A stretch of DNA of 64,000 bases, taken from positions 335,978,001 to 336,042,000 of the forward strand of contig OZ024741.1 of assembly GCA_964016885.1 (NCBI GenBank), in the 5' to 3' direction. The notes beneath the pieces were generated by a model. It had not been told where the DNA came from. It saw only the letters and a program-made list of their open reading frames with translations, and made no database searches. The translations under genes and the position numbers were made by a program. This document shows, piece by piece, positions 13,270-26,165 of this stretch; the first letter of the stretch is position 1, and the number at the start of each line of letters is the position of its first letter. The stretch comes from Eledone cirrhosa. Taxonomy: Eukaryota.

Positions 13270-13830
13270 AAGCAGTCTAACTCCAGGTAGAGCCACTACT
13301 TTTCTGAATTGAGAGATCACAACTCCAATATTATGGATATGTGGTTAGAATGTCTCAGGAAAGAATCATTGGACAGATTTGAGAGATCAGAGCTCTGGTA
13401 CTATGGACATGGTGTTAAAATGTTTCAGAAAAGATTCACTGGACAGATTTGAGATGTTACAACTCTGATATTATGGATATGTGGTTAGAATGTCTCGGGA
13501 AAGAATCACTGGACAGATTTGAGAGATCACAGCTCTGGTACTATGGACATGGGGTTAGAATGTCTCAGGGAATATGGCTGGACAGATTTGAGATGCTACA
13601 GCTCTGATATTATAGACATGTGGTTAGAATGTCTCATGAAAGAATCGCTGGACAGATTTTATGGGCAAAACCAACTGACAGGAGACCCAGGGGTTAACTT
13701 TGAGCGAAGATGGTTGGATAACGTCCATGAGCTCAGCTGGTCTTGTTTTAAGGATGGTTGCTTTTGACAGGACCTGCTGGAAGATGTGTTTGAGGACCCT
13801 CTCAGGAACTAGGGGGTGAAGAAGAAGAAG
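13270..13830 (+). mobile_element. RTE LINE 3' end (different family, (GAA)n tail) containing five tandem ~70-bp units at 13309-13658
   Basis: Unit translates IERSQLQYYGYVVRMSQERI (RTE QLRWxGHVxRM motif), followed by RRPRG...RWLDNV and GAAGAAGAAGAAG. Confidence 0.7.
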
Positions 13831-14109
13831 TTAAGCAGTCCAGACAGAAACGAGCCAAATAGGGTGGGAGTCTATATGTGATAAATAACTGTTCTAGAAA
13901 TAGCAGCCAATTTCACACAAATCACACTCTATAAGCTATTTTATAGCAGCTGATTGTTATTGCAATTTTTTTCTGCACCTGAGCTTCGTACATCTTATAT
14001 ATATATGTATATATTTATGTTGTTCAGAAACTATGTATGCAAAAGGAGGGCGGGTGATTGGTTGAAAAAATAAGGAAGGTGGAATGACACACATGAGGTG
14101 TTGTGGAAA

Positions 14110-14360
14110 TTATATTATTTCATGTGGAAATATTGGTTTCATCTGGAAACATATTGGTTTAATGTGGAAATAATACTAGTTCCATGTGGAAATATATTAG
14201 TTTCATTGTGGAAATATATTAGTTTCATGTGAAAATATATTAGTTTCATGTGGAAATATATTGGTTCCATGTGGAAATATATTGGTTCCATGTGGAAATA
14301 TATTGGTTCCATGTGGAAATATATTAGTTTCATGTGGAAATATGTTAGTTTCATGTGGTA
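14110..14360. repeat. 21-bp minisatellite (TAGTTTCATGTGGAAATATAT)n
   Basis: About 11-12 units; 7-aa periodicity in the ORFs (HETNIFP). Confidence 0.9.
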
Positions 14361-14847
14361 ATGATAAACAGAAAGCAAAAATAATAGCCTGCACGAAATA
14401 CAGAGTAGCAAGGTTTACACACACACATACACAAACACACATGCAAATACACACACATATACACACATGTGGTGGTAGTGGTCATGGTAGGGGTAATGGA
14501 GGTAGTAGTGATGGTCATGTTGGTGGAATTGTTCTGCCTAGCAAAAATTTACCCTACACTGACCAAAATAAACATGGCCTTTTTTTTTTTTTTACTCTTT
14601 TTAAAAATATTGGTATAGGGAGCTGAAAAATCCTTATATTATATGGTATTTTAATTTGAACCATTCTAATACAAATCCTGCCGAAAACCAGCTCTGGTTA
14701 TATGAAACAAAACTAACCATTTTCAAGGGTTCCTATATAAATTAAAATCTCCCAGCATAATTCTTTACAAGAATCATATGTTAAGTTACTATTTTAGTAA
14801 TGAAATAATAATTTTAGTAAATCCCTCGAAATTCTTCATATATTGAG

Positions 14848-15823
14848 ATAATAATAATAATGAAATTATTGTGTACAGTCCTCAGGTGCACTACAACTCG
14901 TCAAAGGTGCATGTATAGTACATAGAGTAATATACAAATGTCAGGAAAGTGAATAGTGTATGAGTCATGATATACATGTGTACGTGTGTATGGAGGGGGA
15001 ATATTAGGCGTAGTGTTGGCGAATCTCAAGAAGCATGGAGGTTGTAAAGGATGCAGTGTCTCGACAGCTAACAACTGATGCAGGTAGTTTGTTCCATGCT
15101 TCAGCAACTCTGAGCATGAAAAAGTGTTTCTGAAAGTCATGGGAGCTGTGCTGTTTTCTGCCCACGTGTGTTAGACACATGGAAATCAAAAAGGTACTCA
15201 GGGTTGTTGTTGGTAATTTTGTGGGTATTTACCAAGTCAGTTGCCAGATGTCGGAACTTCAATGTATCCATGCCCAGGGAAGCAAGGTGTTCAGAGTATG
15301 GTAGATGCCTGATGGAGGGTATTCGCTTGGTTGCACGTCTCTGAACAGTTTCCAGGCAGTCAATGTTCTGAGCAAGATAGGGGTTCCAGACTGGTGATCA
15401 AATTCTAAGTGTGACCGCACTATAGCTATATACAACTTTAAATAGATAGCTGGAGAGCGACTGACAAAGGTCTTGCTGAGTGATGCTAAGACACCCTCAG
15501 CCTTCTTGACAATTTTTGAGACGTGCTTCGTCCAACGCAAATCGCTGCTGACCGTAATGCCCAGGTCACATTTACAAGAAGACTTCTTGATATTAGTGTT
15601 GTGGAGGTAGTATGTGGACGCTGGGTTTTTACTCCCAAAATGCATGGTGGTACACTTGTCCACAGCTAGCTTGAGTTGCCAGTCTGTGATCCATTGTTGC
15701 ATTGTGTCCAGGTCAGATTGCAGGCAAGATCTAGAGTGTTCAGGATCGGTCCTTTTTATCCCAAGGTACAGCTTGATGTCATCTGCATATTTTAGTACTG
15801 TGGCATTCTTTAAGTTGGCATCT
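14848..15823 (-). mobile_element. CR1/L2-group LINE, 3' portion
   Basis: KYADDIKLY, WQLKLAVDKC, DLGITVSSDLRW, RSHLEF, RVAEAWNKLP; tail ATAATTTCATTATTATT. Confidence 0.9.
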
Positions 15824-16339
15824 ATAAAGGATAGGGTTCCTATTTAAATTAAAATCTTCCAACAAAATTTTATATAAGAACCATATATAAAGTTAATATC
15901 TTAGTAATGAAATAATTAATAAATTTAGTAAATCCATCAAAATTCTTCATTAATTGAAATACAAGGTTCCTGTTTAAATTAAAACCGTCCAACATCATTT
16001 TATATATGGACTATATGTTAAGTTACTATCTTAAAAATGAAATAATTAATAATTAATAGAATCAAAATAAAGATAGAAGCATAGCCATAGCATTGACTAC
16101 ACAAGGGCTTATATAATTAATAATTTTAATAAATTAAGTAATTGAAATAGTGTATTTCATCAGAAATATGGTCACAAAAGTGTTAAAACAATATAACTAA
16201 CTAGCAGGATTTTCAAAATATCTCGAAGTAGTTAACATTACAAGTTTCCATAAACTTCAATACAAGAGGATACAACACTGAAACGGAAAACAAAAGTACA
16301 TATGTATTATACACTTATATGGATGCTCACTTGTACACA

Positions 16340-17750
16340 CAGACACATAAATATATATATATGTATATATATTTATATATATATCATCACAGTGATGTTG
16401 ATGACAATGGTGATGATAATGATGATATATTTACATACAAACACATACGAATATGTGTGCATGTGTATATATACATATATATGTGTATGTGTATGTGTGT
16501 ATTTGTATGTATATATATTATGTGTGTGTGTGTATATATGTATGTGTGTGTGTATATATATATGTGTATGTGTATGTGCATATTTGTATGTATATATATT
16601 ATGTGTATGTGTGTGTATATATGTGTGTGTGTGTTTGTGTGTATGTAAACTCATGCCTACCCATAAATTAATATATAGCTACTTGTACTTCCCTCCCTCT
16701 ATGAACTGGTTGAAAAATTGAAGTTTATTATTCATTTTGTATGTCATAACTCTTTAGATTCCTATCTTTTTCTGGTAAGATCATAAATATTTATCACCAT
16801 ATACACAGAGGCCGGTGATAATCACACAAATGATTGTCAGATTTGGTGCTTTATAATGGAAGCTTCTGCATGTCTTTACACCAAACACATTTATCTCAGT
16901 CTATTTGTGTGTGCGTATAAGTATGTGTGTGTGTATGTGTGTGACTGTGTATGTACGTGTGCTTCTATCTATGTGAATGTGTCTGTCTATCTGTGTGTGT
17001 ATGTATCTGTGCTTCTATGTGAATGTGTCAGACTATCTGTGTGTTTATGTACCTGTGCTTGTGTGTGTGTGTGTGTGTGTGTGCATGCTTGTCTGAGTGT
17101 GTGTGTCTGAGTTTTTCTGTCTCTTTGTGTCCATGTTTCTGTGTGTGTGTATGTATGTATATGTACTTCTATCTATGTGAATGTGTCAGACTATCTGTGT
17201 GTGTGTATGTATCTGTGCTTGTGTGTGTGTGTGCATGCTTGTCTGAGTGTGTGTGTCTGAGTTTTTCTGTCTCTTTGTGTCCATGTTTCTGTGTGTGTGT
17301 GTGTGTGTGTATGTATGCGTGCTTCTATCTATGTGAATGTGTCTGACTATCTGTGTGTGTATGTATCTGTGCTTGTGTGTGTGTATGTGCTTGTCTGTAT
17401 ATATATGCGTGTGTGGTGATTGTGTGTATGTGTACTTGTGTCTGATGATCTGAGTGTGTGTGGTTGTTTATGTGCATCTATGTGTGTACCTGTTTCTCTG
17501 TCACTTTGTGTCCATATATGTGTATGTGTGGTTATGTGTGTATGTGTATGTTGGATTGGTTTATGAGTGTACATCAATGGTTGTGACAATATAATTTGTA
17601 TTTGCCATATAAAATATATATACATCCATATTTATATATGTAACTTTGTTTTCAAACATATACATGTAAATATGTTTGCATTAGACACACACACACACAC
17701 ACAAACATACACACACACACACACATCTGTGAGAGTGTGTGTGTGTAATC
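16340..17750. repeat. (TG)n/(TA)n-rich microsatellite block with an internal ~180-bp duplication
   Basis: Dinucleotide repeats; the 17010-17190 segment recurs at about 17165-17360. Confidence 0.85.
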
Positions 17751-17949
17751 ATTTTAACAAATGTGCAGGAAAGTATTCAATATTATATTAGAACATAGAA
17801 ATTTAGTTTATTTCTGTTGACCCAGTATCCTGATAGAGAAGACTGGCGCTACCATAAAAGTCAACTAGGGAGCTCCCTTAGGCACAAACCCCAAGCTGGC
17901 ACACTACTGAACCTTTAAGCTTCATAGTTTTATACAAATTTGTATAATT

Positions 17950-18972
17950 AGATGTTGTTTACCTTGACTTTACTAAAGCTTTCAATTCTGTGCCACACAA
18001 AAGGCTTATGGCAAAACTCTCACAATGGGTGAGAAGGATGATCTTTTTAACTGGTTGAAGTCCTTCATTCTCAGTTGAAGAGAGGTAGTCACGGTTCTAG
18101 GACAGTATTCCTCAACATATGAGATGTCATCTGGTGTACCACAGGGATCTGTTCTTGGCCCCCTTTTGTTTGTGGCATATATTAATGATATAGATGCCAA
18201 CTTAAAGAATGCCACAGTACTGAAATATGCAGATGACATCAAGCTGTACCTTGAGATAAAAAGGACAGATCCTGAACACTCTAGATCTTGCCTGCAATCT
18301 GACCTGGACACAATGCAACAATGGATCACAGACTGGCAACTCAAGCTAGCTGTGGACAAGTGCACCACCATGCATTTTGGGAGTAAAAATCCAACGTCCA
18401 CATACTCCCTCCACAACAATAATATCAAGAAGTCTTCCTGTGAATGTGACCTGGGCATTACGGTCAGCAGCGATTTGCGTTAGACAAAGCATGTCTCTAA
18501 AATTGTCAAGATGCCGAGGGTGTCTTAGCATCACTCAGCAAGACCTTTGTCAGCCGCTCTCCAGCCATCTATTTAAGGCTGTACATAGCTATGGTGCGGC
18601 CACACTTAGAATTTGCATCACCAGTCTGGAACCCCTATCTTGCTCAGAACATTGACTGCCTGGAAACTGTTCAGAGATGTGCAACCAAGCGAATACTCTC
18701 CATCAGGCATCTACCATACTCTGAACACCTTGCTTCCCTGGACATGGATACATTGAAGTTCCGACGTCTGGCAACTGACTTGGTAAACATCCTTTAAAAC
18801 GTCCATGTCCTGAGATTCGTCAACACTACACCTAATATTCCCCCTCCATACACATACACACATATATTAACTTCCCTGACATTTGAATATTATTCTATGT
18901 ACTAGACATGCACCTTTGACGAGTTGTAGTGCACCTGAGCACTTTACACAATAATTTCATTATTATTATTAT
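17950..18972 (+). mobile_element. CR1/L2-group LINE fragment
   Basis: SGVPQGSVLGPLLF, KYADD, HLEFASPVWNPY; stops and frameshifts; same 3' tail as other copies. Confidence 0.9.
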
Positions 18973-19249
18973 AATTTCCTGAGATCATTAAATAAATTGC
19001 GAAAGAACTTTGCTATGTTGCAGAATTGTGGAAATATCAGAAATGATGGAGAGGGTCATATGGTGTTATGGCATGTAACATGATTTGGTGTAGGTGAGAG
19101 TGGACTGTGTAGTGGAAAATATTGGCTTAGTAATTTTCTTGGTGTAGTCAGATCAAGATGTGTAAAATACTAGCTTTGTCAAATAACCAAGCTGTAAGTT
19201 GAAATCATTTTATTTGGGTAAACGGGGTGCATAACTGAGAAAAGAGGCA

Positions 19250-20970
19250 TACATTGTAGAGCTAGCCTAGAGTGCTAAATACCTAGTCACACAATATAGA
19301 GCCATCCTAGAGTGCTACATCCTCAGTCACACATTGTAGAGCCAGCCTAGAGTGCTACCTACCCAGGTAAACAGTATAGAGCTAGCCTAGAGTGCTACCT
19401 ACCCAGGTACACATTGTAGAGCTAGCCTAGAGTGCTACCTACCCAGGTACACAGTATAGAGCTAGCTTAGAGTGCTACCTACCCAGGTACACATTGTAGA
19501 GCTAGCCTAGAGTGCTACCTCCCCAGGTAAACAGTATTGAGCTAGCCTAGAGTGCTACCTCTCCAGGTACACAGTATAGAGCTAGCCTAGAGTGCTACCT
19601 ACACAGGTACACATTGTAGAGCTAGCCTAGAGTGCTACCTACCCAGGTAAACAGTATAGAGCTAGCCTAGAGTGCTACCTCCCCAGGTACACAGTATAGA
19701 GCTAGCCTAGAGTGCTACCTACACAGGTACACATTGTAGAGCTAGCCTAGAGTGCTACCTACCCAGGTAAACAGTATAGAGCTAGCCTAGAGTGCTACCT
19801 CTCCAGGTACACAGTATAGAGCTAGCCTAGAGTGCTACCTACACAGGTACACATTGTAGAGCTAGCCTAGAGTGCTACCTACCCAGGTACACAGTATAGA
19901 GCTAGCCTAGAGTGCTACCTCCCCAGGTACACAGTATAGAGCTAGCCTAGAGTGCTACCTACCCAGGTACACATTGTAGAGCTAGCCTAGAGTGCTACCT
20001 ACCCAGGTAAACAGTATAGAGCTAGCCTAGAGTGATACCTCCCCAGGTACACAGTATAGAGCTAGCCTAGAGTGCTACCTACACAGGTACACATTGTAGA
20101 GCTAGCCTAGAGTGCTACCTTTCCAGGTACACAGTATAGAGCTAGCCTAGAGTGCTACCTTTCCAGGCACACAGTATAGAGCTAGCCTAGAGTGCTACCT
20201 ACCCAGGTAAACAGTATAGAGCTAGCCTAGAGTGCTACCTACCCAGGTACACAGTATAGAGCTAGCCTAGAGTGCTACCTCCCCAGGTACACAGTATAGA
20301 GCTAGCCTAGAGTGCTACCTCTCCAGGTACACAGTATAGAGCTAGCCTAGAGTGCTACCTACCCAGGTAAACAGTATAGAGCTAGCCTAGAGTGCTACCT
20401 ACCCAGGTACACAGTATAGAGCTAGCCTAGAGTGCTACCTCCCCAGGTACACAGTATAGAGCTAGCCTAGAGTGCTACCTCTCCAGGTACACAGTATAGA
20501 GCTAGCCTAGAGTGCTACCTACCCAGGTAAACAGTATAGAGCTAGCCTAGAGTGCTACCTACCCAGGTACACAGTATAGAGCTAGCCTAGAGTGCTACCT
20601 CCCCAGGTACACAGTATAGAGCTAGCCTAGAGTGCTACCTCTCCAGGTACACAGTATAGAGCTAGCCTAGAGTGCTACCTACCCAGGTACACATTGTAGA
20701 GCTAGCCTAGAGTGCTACCTCCCCAGGTACACAGTATAGAGTCAGCTTAGAGTGCTAAATGCCTTGGTACATATTGTCGAGCTTGCCTAGAATACTAAAT
20801 TCTCAGGCGCAGATGGTAAAGCTAGCCTAGAGTGCCGAATATCTAAGCACCCCGTGTAGAGATAGCCTAGGGTGCCAAATACTTAGGCCCACATTGTAGA
20901 GTTAGCCTAGGGCACTAAATACCCAGGAACACATTGTAAAACTAACCAGAGTGCTAAATACTGAGGTACT
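19250..20970. repeat. 40-bp satellite (GCTAGCCTAGAGTGCTACCTACCCAGGTACACAGTATAGA)n, about 42 units
   Basis: Exact 40-bp period, homogeneous centre, degenerate edges. Confidence 0.97.
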
Positions 20971-21074
20971 GTATCTGAGATACTGTATGTGTGATACTGT
21001 TAGTCCAAAGTGACAAAGTAAATTATAAACCAGATCCTACATCTTCAACATTGAGTATTCCAGTTGTTTGATAG

Positions 21075-21435
21075 CTTGAACACTTTTGTGACCCTATCTC
21101 TATTTCAATACACAGCTTTTGTGTCCCATTCACACACTTTTGTGACCCTATGACTATTTAAATACATTGCCTATGTGTCTCAATTAACACCTTTGTAACC
21201 ATATTCTTATTTAGATACACAGATATGTGTTAATTTAACACTTTTGTGGCCATTGTCTATTTAAATACACTGCCTATGTGTTTCAATTAACACTGTGTCT
21301 ATTTAGATAAACTACCTATGTGTTTATTTAGTTCTTTTGTAACTATATTCTAAGATAGATACACTGCTTATGTGTTCCATGTAACACTTTTGTGACTATA
21401 TTTCTTTAAAAACCCACTGTCTATGTGTTTTACTG
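21075..21435. repeat. Degenerate ~50-bp tandem repeat (AACACTTTTGTGACC...ATACAC..CTATGTGT)
   Basis: About 7 diverged units; the start resembles the TTAACCCTTTTGTGACCATATT terminus of the local MITEs. Confidence 0.65.
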
Positions 21436-21614
21436 AATGCTTAAAATAATCACTTTTGATGGACTTAATAAAATATTTTTTTGATTATAAGACGCTGTTT
21501 GGGGAATAATTTACCAAAAGTTTCTTTCAAATAGAATATCAGTGTACAAAGAGAATTTCTTCTGTATATCAATTTGCTGCTTCTTGCATAAAGTTATGAT
21601 TGGGGCGTTTTGAT

Positions 21615-21840
21615 TTAACCCTTTAGCATTTAAAGTGGCTGTATCTGGCTAGAATTCTCTCACCTCTTTCTGTTCAAACCAGTTGTAACTAGCTGCTCAT
21701 ACTGATGTTAAGGTATTGTTCTCAAAATAAATAATATCAAAATATCATAGATTCGATATTATCTGAGATAATTATGTGAGGTAAAGCCTTTACCGTGAAA
21801 ATATGATAGTAAATATAGAGTAATGTAAATACTAAAGGGC
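21615..21840. mobile_element. ~225-bp TTAA-flanked MITE (piggyBac-like), family 1
   Basis: Termini TTAACCCTTTAGCATTTAAA...GTAAAT(G)CTAAAGGG(TTAA). Other copies at about 29766-29945, 40357-40731 (inverted, SINE inside), 41424-41632, 49664-49889 and 61394-61612. Confidence 0.75.
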
Positions 21841-22339
21841 AAAATAATACAACACAAAACATTTTGTCATAAAACCAAGTCAGTCATTGGCAGGTTTGTA
21901 TCAAAATGGTTAATTATTTTATTTTCAATTTTCAGAAAATATGTTATAAAAGAAATTGCTTTTTGCTTTTAAAATCAAACCTAAACATTAACCCTTTTTG
22001 GTGCCATATTTCTAATGACAGACACTACCTACGATTTTCAATTAATTTTGAAAATAATCAAGAATTTTTAGGGGTTTAGTAATATAACTAACTTTAAGCA
22101 TAACTTAATGTAGTTTTGGAAATAAAATTGTGATGGAAGTTTTTTTAAAGATAAATATTAATACATTAAAACAAATAGTTTTGTATCATAAAATCAGAGG
22201 TGGTTTCTTCGTAATTTTTATTTTATTTAATAGGTATGTATATATACATACCTCTCTCAATATATATATATATGTGCGTGTGTGTATGTGTGTGCGTATG
22301 TGTATGCGTATTATATATATATACACAAACAGCAGAGCA

Positions 22340-22936
22340 TAAACAAACTAAGTGAGAAATTAGGCATAAGAGGGATCAGATGAAATTACATTGGTATGGT
22401 CAAGGGATGCGTATGAAGGATGACAGCTGTATAAAAAAGTGCAGGGCAATCAAAATTAATGGAAGCTACGGAGTAGATAGACCCAGAAAGACCTGGGATG
22501 AGGTGATAAAAGCTGACATTGCACACTTGAACTTCTCTACGACAATGACACAGGATCAAAATCTTTGGTGCTATGCAGTAATACAGAAGACCCGCCTTGT
22601 AGGCACCTCTTATCCAATATACACCCTATACACTCACACCCCCTACACCTCGCTCCCACTTCCGCCTACACCACCCTTACTCTGTAAAGTTAGGTTGGTA
22701 CCTCAAAACATCCAGTCCATACTGTATAGTGGTCGTGTAGGCAACACGGAAAAAGCACCCAGCACACACTGTAAATGTGGTTGGCATTAGAAAGGGCATC
22801 CAGCTGTAGAAAACCTGCCAGAAACCGTCCTATATGAGCGAGACACAGTCACTCGACCAAACTTGCCTGAAATTGGACAAACTCGTCTAACCCATGCTAA
22901 CATGGAAGATAGACATTAAACGATGATGATGATGAT
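22340..22936 (+). mobile_element. RTE LINE 3' end
   Basis: LHWYGQGMRMKDDSCIKKC...RPRKTWDEVI, 3' UTR, (GAT)n tail. Confidence 0.9.
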
Positions 22937-23424
22937 ATCAGGATTAAACCAGTATTAAACTAATTAGACCATTATTCAACAGAGTACTCAATACTTGGGA
23001 TAGTAGAGTGTGACTATATTAGAAAGAGTCAGGGCACAATGTCTGGAATTAGCTGTGAAAACGGCAAGAACTCAGCTGTCGAGCCCTGACACTTTCTAAT
23101 ATATATATATCATTATCATCATTGTTTAACATTTATTTTCCACACTAGCATGGGTTACATGGGTTGTCCATTTGAAGCAAATCAGATCAAGTGACTGGAT
23201 CTTGCTCATACAGAACTGTTTCTAGCTTGGTTTCTATGGCTGGATGCGCTTCCTAACATCAACCACATGTATATATATATATATATATATATGAGTATGT
23301 TTGTTTTTGTTTCCTTTTTTTGCACACACAAACCCATATTTGTACCATTCTGTACTGTTCTTAATGTATATTTTGTAAACCCTTTGTGGTTAATAAAGAA
23401 ATTATCATTATCATTATTAAAAGG

Positions 23425-23851
23425 TTGGTGGGTTGGCAGTATCGGTAGAGCATCGGAAAATATGCTTTGTGGCATAGAGTAATGGCCTTTTACGTTCTGA
23501 ATTCAAATCCCGCTGTTAACTTGGCCTCTCATCCTTACGGGGTCGATAAAATAAAGCACCTGTAATGCACTGGGGTTGATTTAATCGACTTTCCCCTCTC
23601 CTTCAAATTGCTGGCCTTGTGCCTATACTAGAAACAATTATTTTTATTATCATTATTCATCAGGGCAGTGGATTGGCAGTATCGGTAGAGGGTCGGACGC
23701 CATGCTTTCCAGCATAGTTATGTCCCTTTACGATCTGAGTTCAAATCCCGCCGAGGTTGACTTTGCCTTTCATCCTTACGGGGTCGATAAAATAAAGTAC
23801 CAGTAATGCACTGGATAATTGCTGGCCTTGTGCCTAAAGTAGAAACAATTA
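23425..23851 (+). mobile_element. Two tandem Nin-type SINE copies
   Basis: Both match the 5054-5241 consensus (about 23425-23640 and 23665-23851). Confidence 0.85.
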
Positions 23852-23881
23852 TTCATCATTATTATTATTTCCATTTTACAG

Positions 23882-24032
23882 AAATACTCACAACCAGCAG
23901 CTAGAACATCAGCTGGTCGCAAGGATAAGGATGCTGCAGTTAACTCCCCTTACTATAGAGAAATTACTAAATCTTCACATGGAGATCAAAGTTGTACCAA
24001 AGGAAGAACTGATCAATTTGAAGACTTACCAA
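23882..24032 (+). CDS. Candidate internal exon of an unidentified host gene (151 bp)
   Basis: Acceptor TTTCCATTTTACAG and donor CAA/GTATGT around non-repetitive sequence; open frame NTHNQQLEHQLVARIRMLQLTPLTIEKLLNLHMEIKVVPKEELINLKTYQ (a second frame is also open). No homolog recognised. Confidence 0.35.
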
Positions 24033-24624
24033 GTATGTATATTATTAAATTGTGTCAATGTGTGTTTGGGTGTATCTGTGTGTGTGTATTAAATTGTGTG
24101 CGTGTGTATTATGTTGTGTGTGTGTATGTATATTATGTTGTGTGTGTGTAGTTGCCTTGAAGGCCTACCGATACAGTATGTGTATTATATATGTCATTGT
24201 GTGTGTGTATATGTGTGCATATTATGTGTGTGGGTAACCTGAAGACCTACGAAGTGTACCAAGTATATCTAGTATGTTGTATATGTGTGGTTAAATTATG
24301 TTTTTCTCTCCCATTACAACTGATTATCTTAAATATTCCTCTTTCACAATTATTTTCTTATTGCTATTATGCTATGCATCTTTTTTTATTTTATTTATCT
24401 CAGGCCATATTTTGTATATTTATTTTTATTATCCTTGTTATTTTCACAAAGCTGCATGGTTACAAACAAAACTTTGTAGTTAAAGTTTGCTTTGCACTTA
24501 AATAGATTTGGGATTTTTAATCATATTGCACTACACTTTTACAACCACGGGTCACTCACAAACCTTTGTAGGTGAAATTTGGTAGATAGAAGCAGCTTAG
24601 AAGCATATCAGATGAATAGTTTCT

Positions 24625-25605
24625 ATTCTTGGGTGGTAGAATTAATTAGTCCCCCAGTTTAGCACCACCACCTGATGGTAGACTTAATCTGTCACCCAGT
24701 TTAACACCACCATCAATAATCTTTTGGATGATTTTATCAGAATACACATGGGTGGTAGACTTAATTTGTCACCCAGGTTTGACACCACCACCTGTCACCT
24801 GTCCTTGAGTGGTACAATAAATTAGTCACCCAGTTTAACACCATCACCTTCCCTTGGGTGGTACATTTAACCTGTCACCCAGTTTAACACAACCACTTGC
24901 CCTTCAATGGTAGATTTAATGGACAACATAGTTTAACACCACCACCTGCCCTTGGGTAGTAGATTGAATCAGTCACCCTGTTTAACACCCCCTCCACCTG
25001 GTCATTGGATTCTTTTAACAGAGTCCACTCTGTTGAACCCATTTAGACCATGTCACCAACCTTAAAAGAACTACCTCATTTAAGTGACAAAGTTCATCGA
25101 TTCTGTCCTTCATTCAAGTTAAATCTATCACCATCAAGATTAAGCCTACCACCCAAAATTAAATCTATCACCCAAGATTAAGTCTACCCCTATCATGATT
25201 ACGTCTAGCCACACCAGGATTATATTTACTATTCAAATCTGCCACACACAAATTCAGCCTGCCACTCGAGGTTAAATCTGTCACACAAAAATTAAATCTA
25301 CCATCTAAGTTTAAAATCTCCCACACAATTTAAGTCTACAACCCAAGATAAATTCTACCAGCTAAGATTAAATTTACCACACAGGATTAAATTTATCCCC
25401 AAATATTATGTTTACCCTCCAAGAATAAGTCTACCACCGTCAATATTATGTTTAGTAGCTATCATTTAAATCTACCATACAAAGATTATCTCCTAGCCAA
25501 AGATTAAAACTACCTCTTAAGATTAAAATACTCCTATGATTAAAATTACCACTTAAAAATGAAGTCTTCCATTCCTAAATCAAGTCTACTCTACAAAGAT
25601 TAAAC
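24625..25605. repeat. Two adjacent degenerate minisatellites with related units in opposite orientation (~49-bp unit, then ~20-bp unit)
   Basis: TTGGGTGGTAGACTTAATCT-containing units at 24625-25000; AAGATTAA(G/A)TCTACCACCC-like units at 25120-25605. Confidence 0.65.
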
Positions 25606-26165
25606 TGGGCCAAGTCGTTAGCCTATGGCTATGCTGAAGCACGGTCTTACAGAGTCCTAGAGGATTATGGTGATACCAGTACTTGAGTTAAATATTTCAT
25701 TGTTCGTGCAAGATAAGAAATTATGTTGACATTGGTGTGAAGGGAGATAACTCAGTCATGCATTAATACTCTAGAGTATTTCTGTTTGTATGTAGTTTTC
25801 ACAACACTGGCGTAGATATACAGGTGTTCGCGTGCGCACACACACACACACACAGCAGCATCTTTTAAAGTTTATTTTCCATGCAGGCATGAGTTGGCTT
25901 AAATTTTCATGTAGCAGGCACACCTGGGTACCTAGTCATTATTTTCTCTCTTTGTGTGTGGACGGGTGTGTTCATCATCATCATCACCATTTAACGTCCA
26001 TTTTCCATGTTAGCATGGGTTAATCGAGTTGACCTGTTGTGAGATAGGTCAAGTCAAGTAACCATGTCTTGCCCAAACAGAATACATAAATTACCATGGG
26101 CGTAGTAAAAACCTGTTTCGATCATTACCACCAGAGTACTCGATACTTGGTGTAGTAGAGTATGG

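Noticed and set aside
19250-20970. CRISPR-like regular array
   Set aside because: No unique spacers, whole 40-bp units repeat, no cas genes, and the context is eukaryotic.
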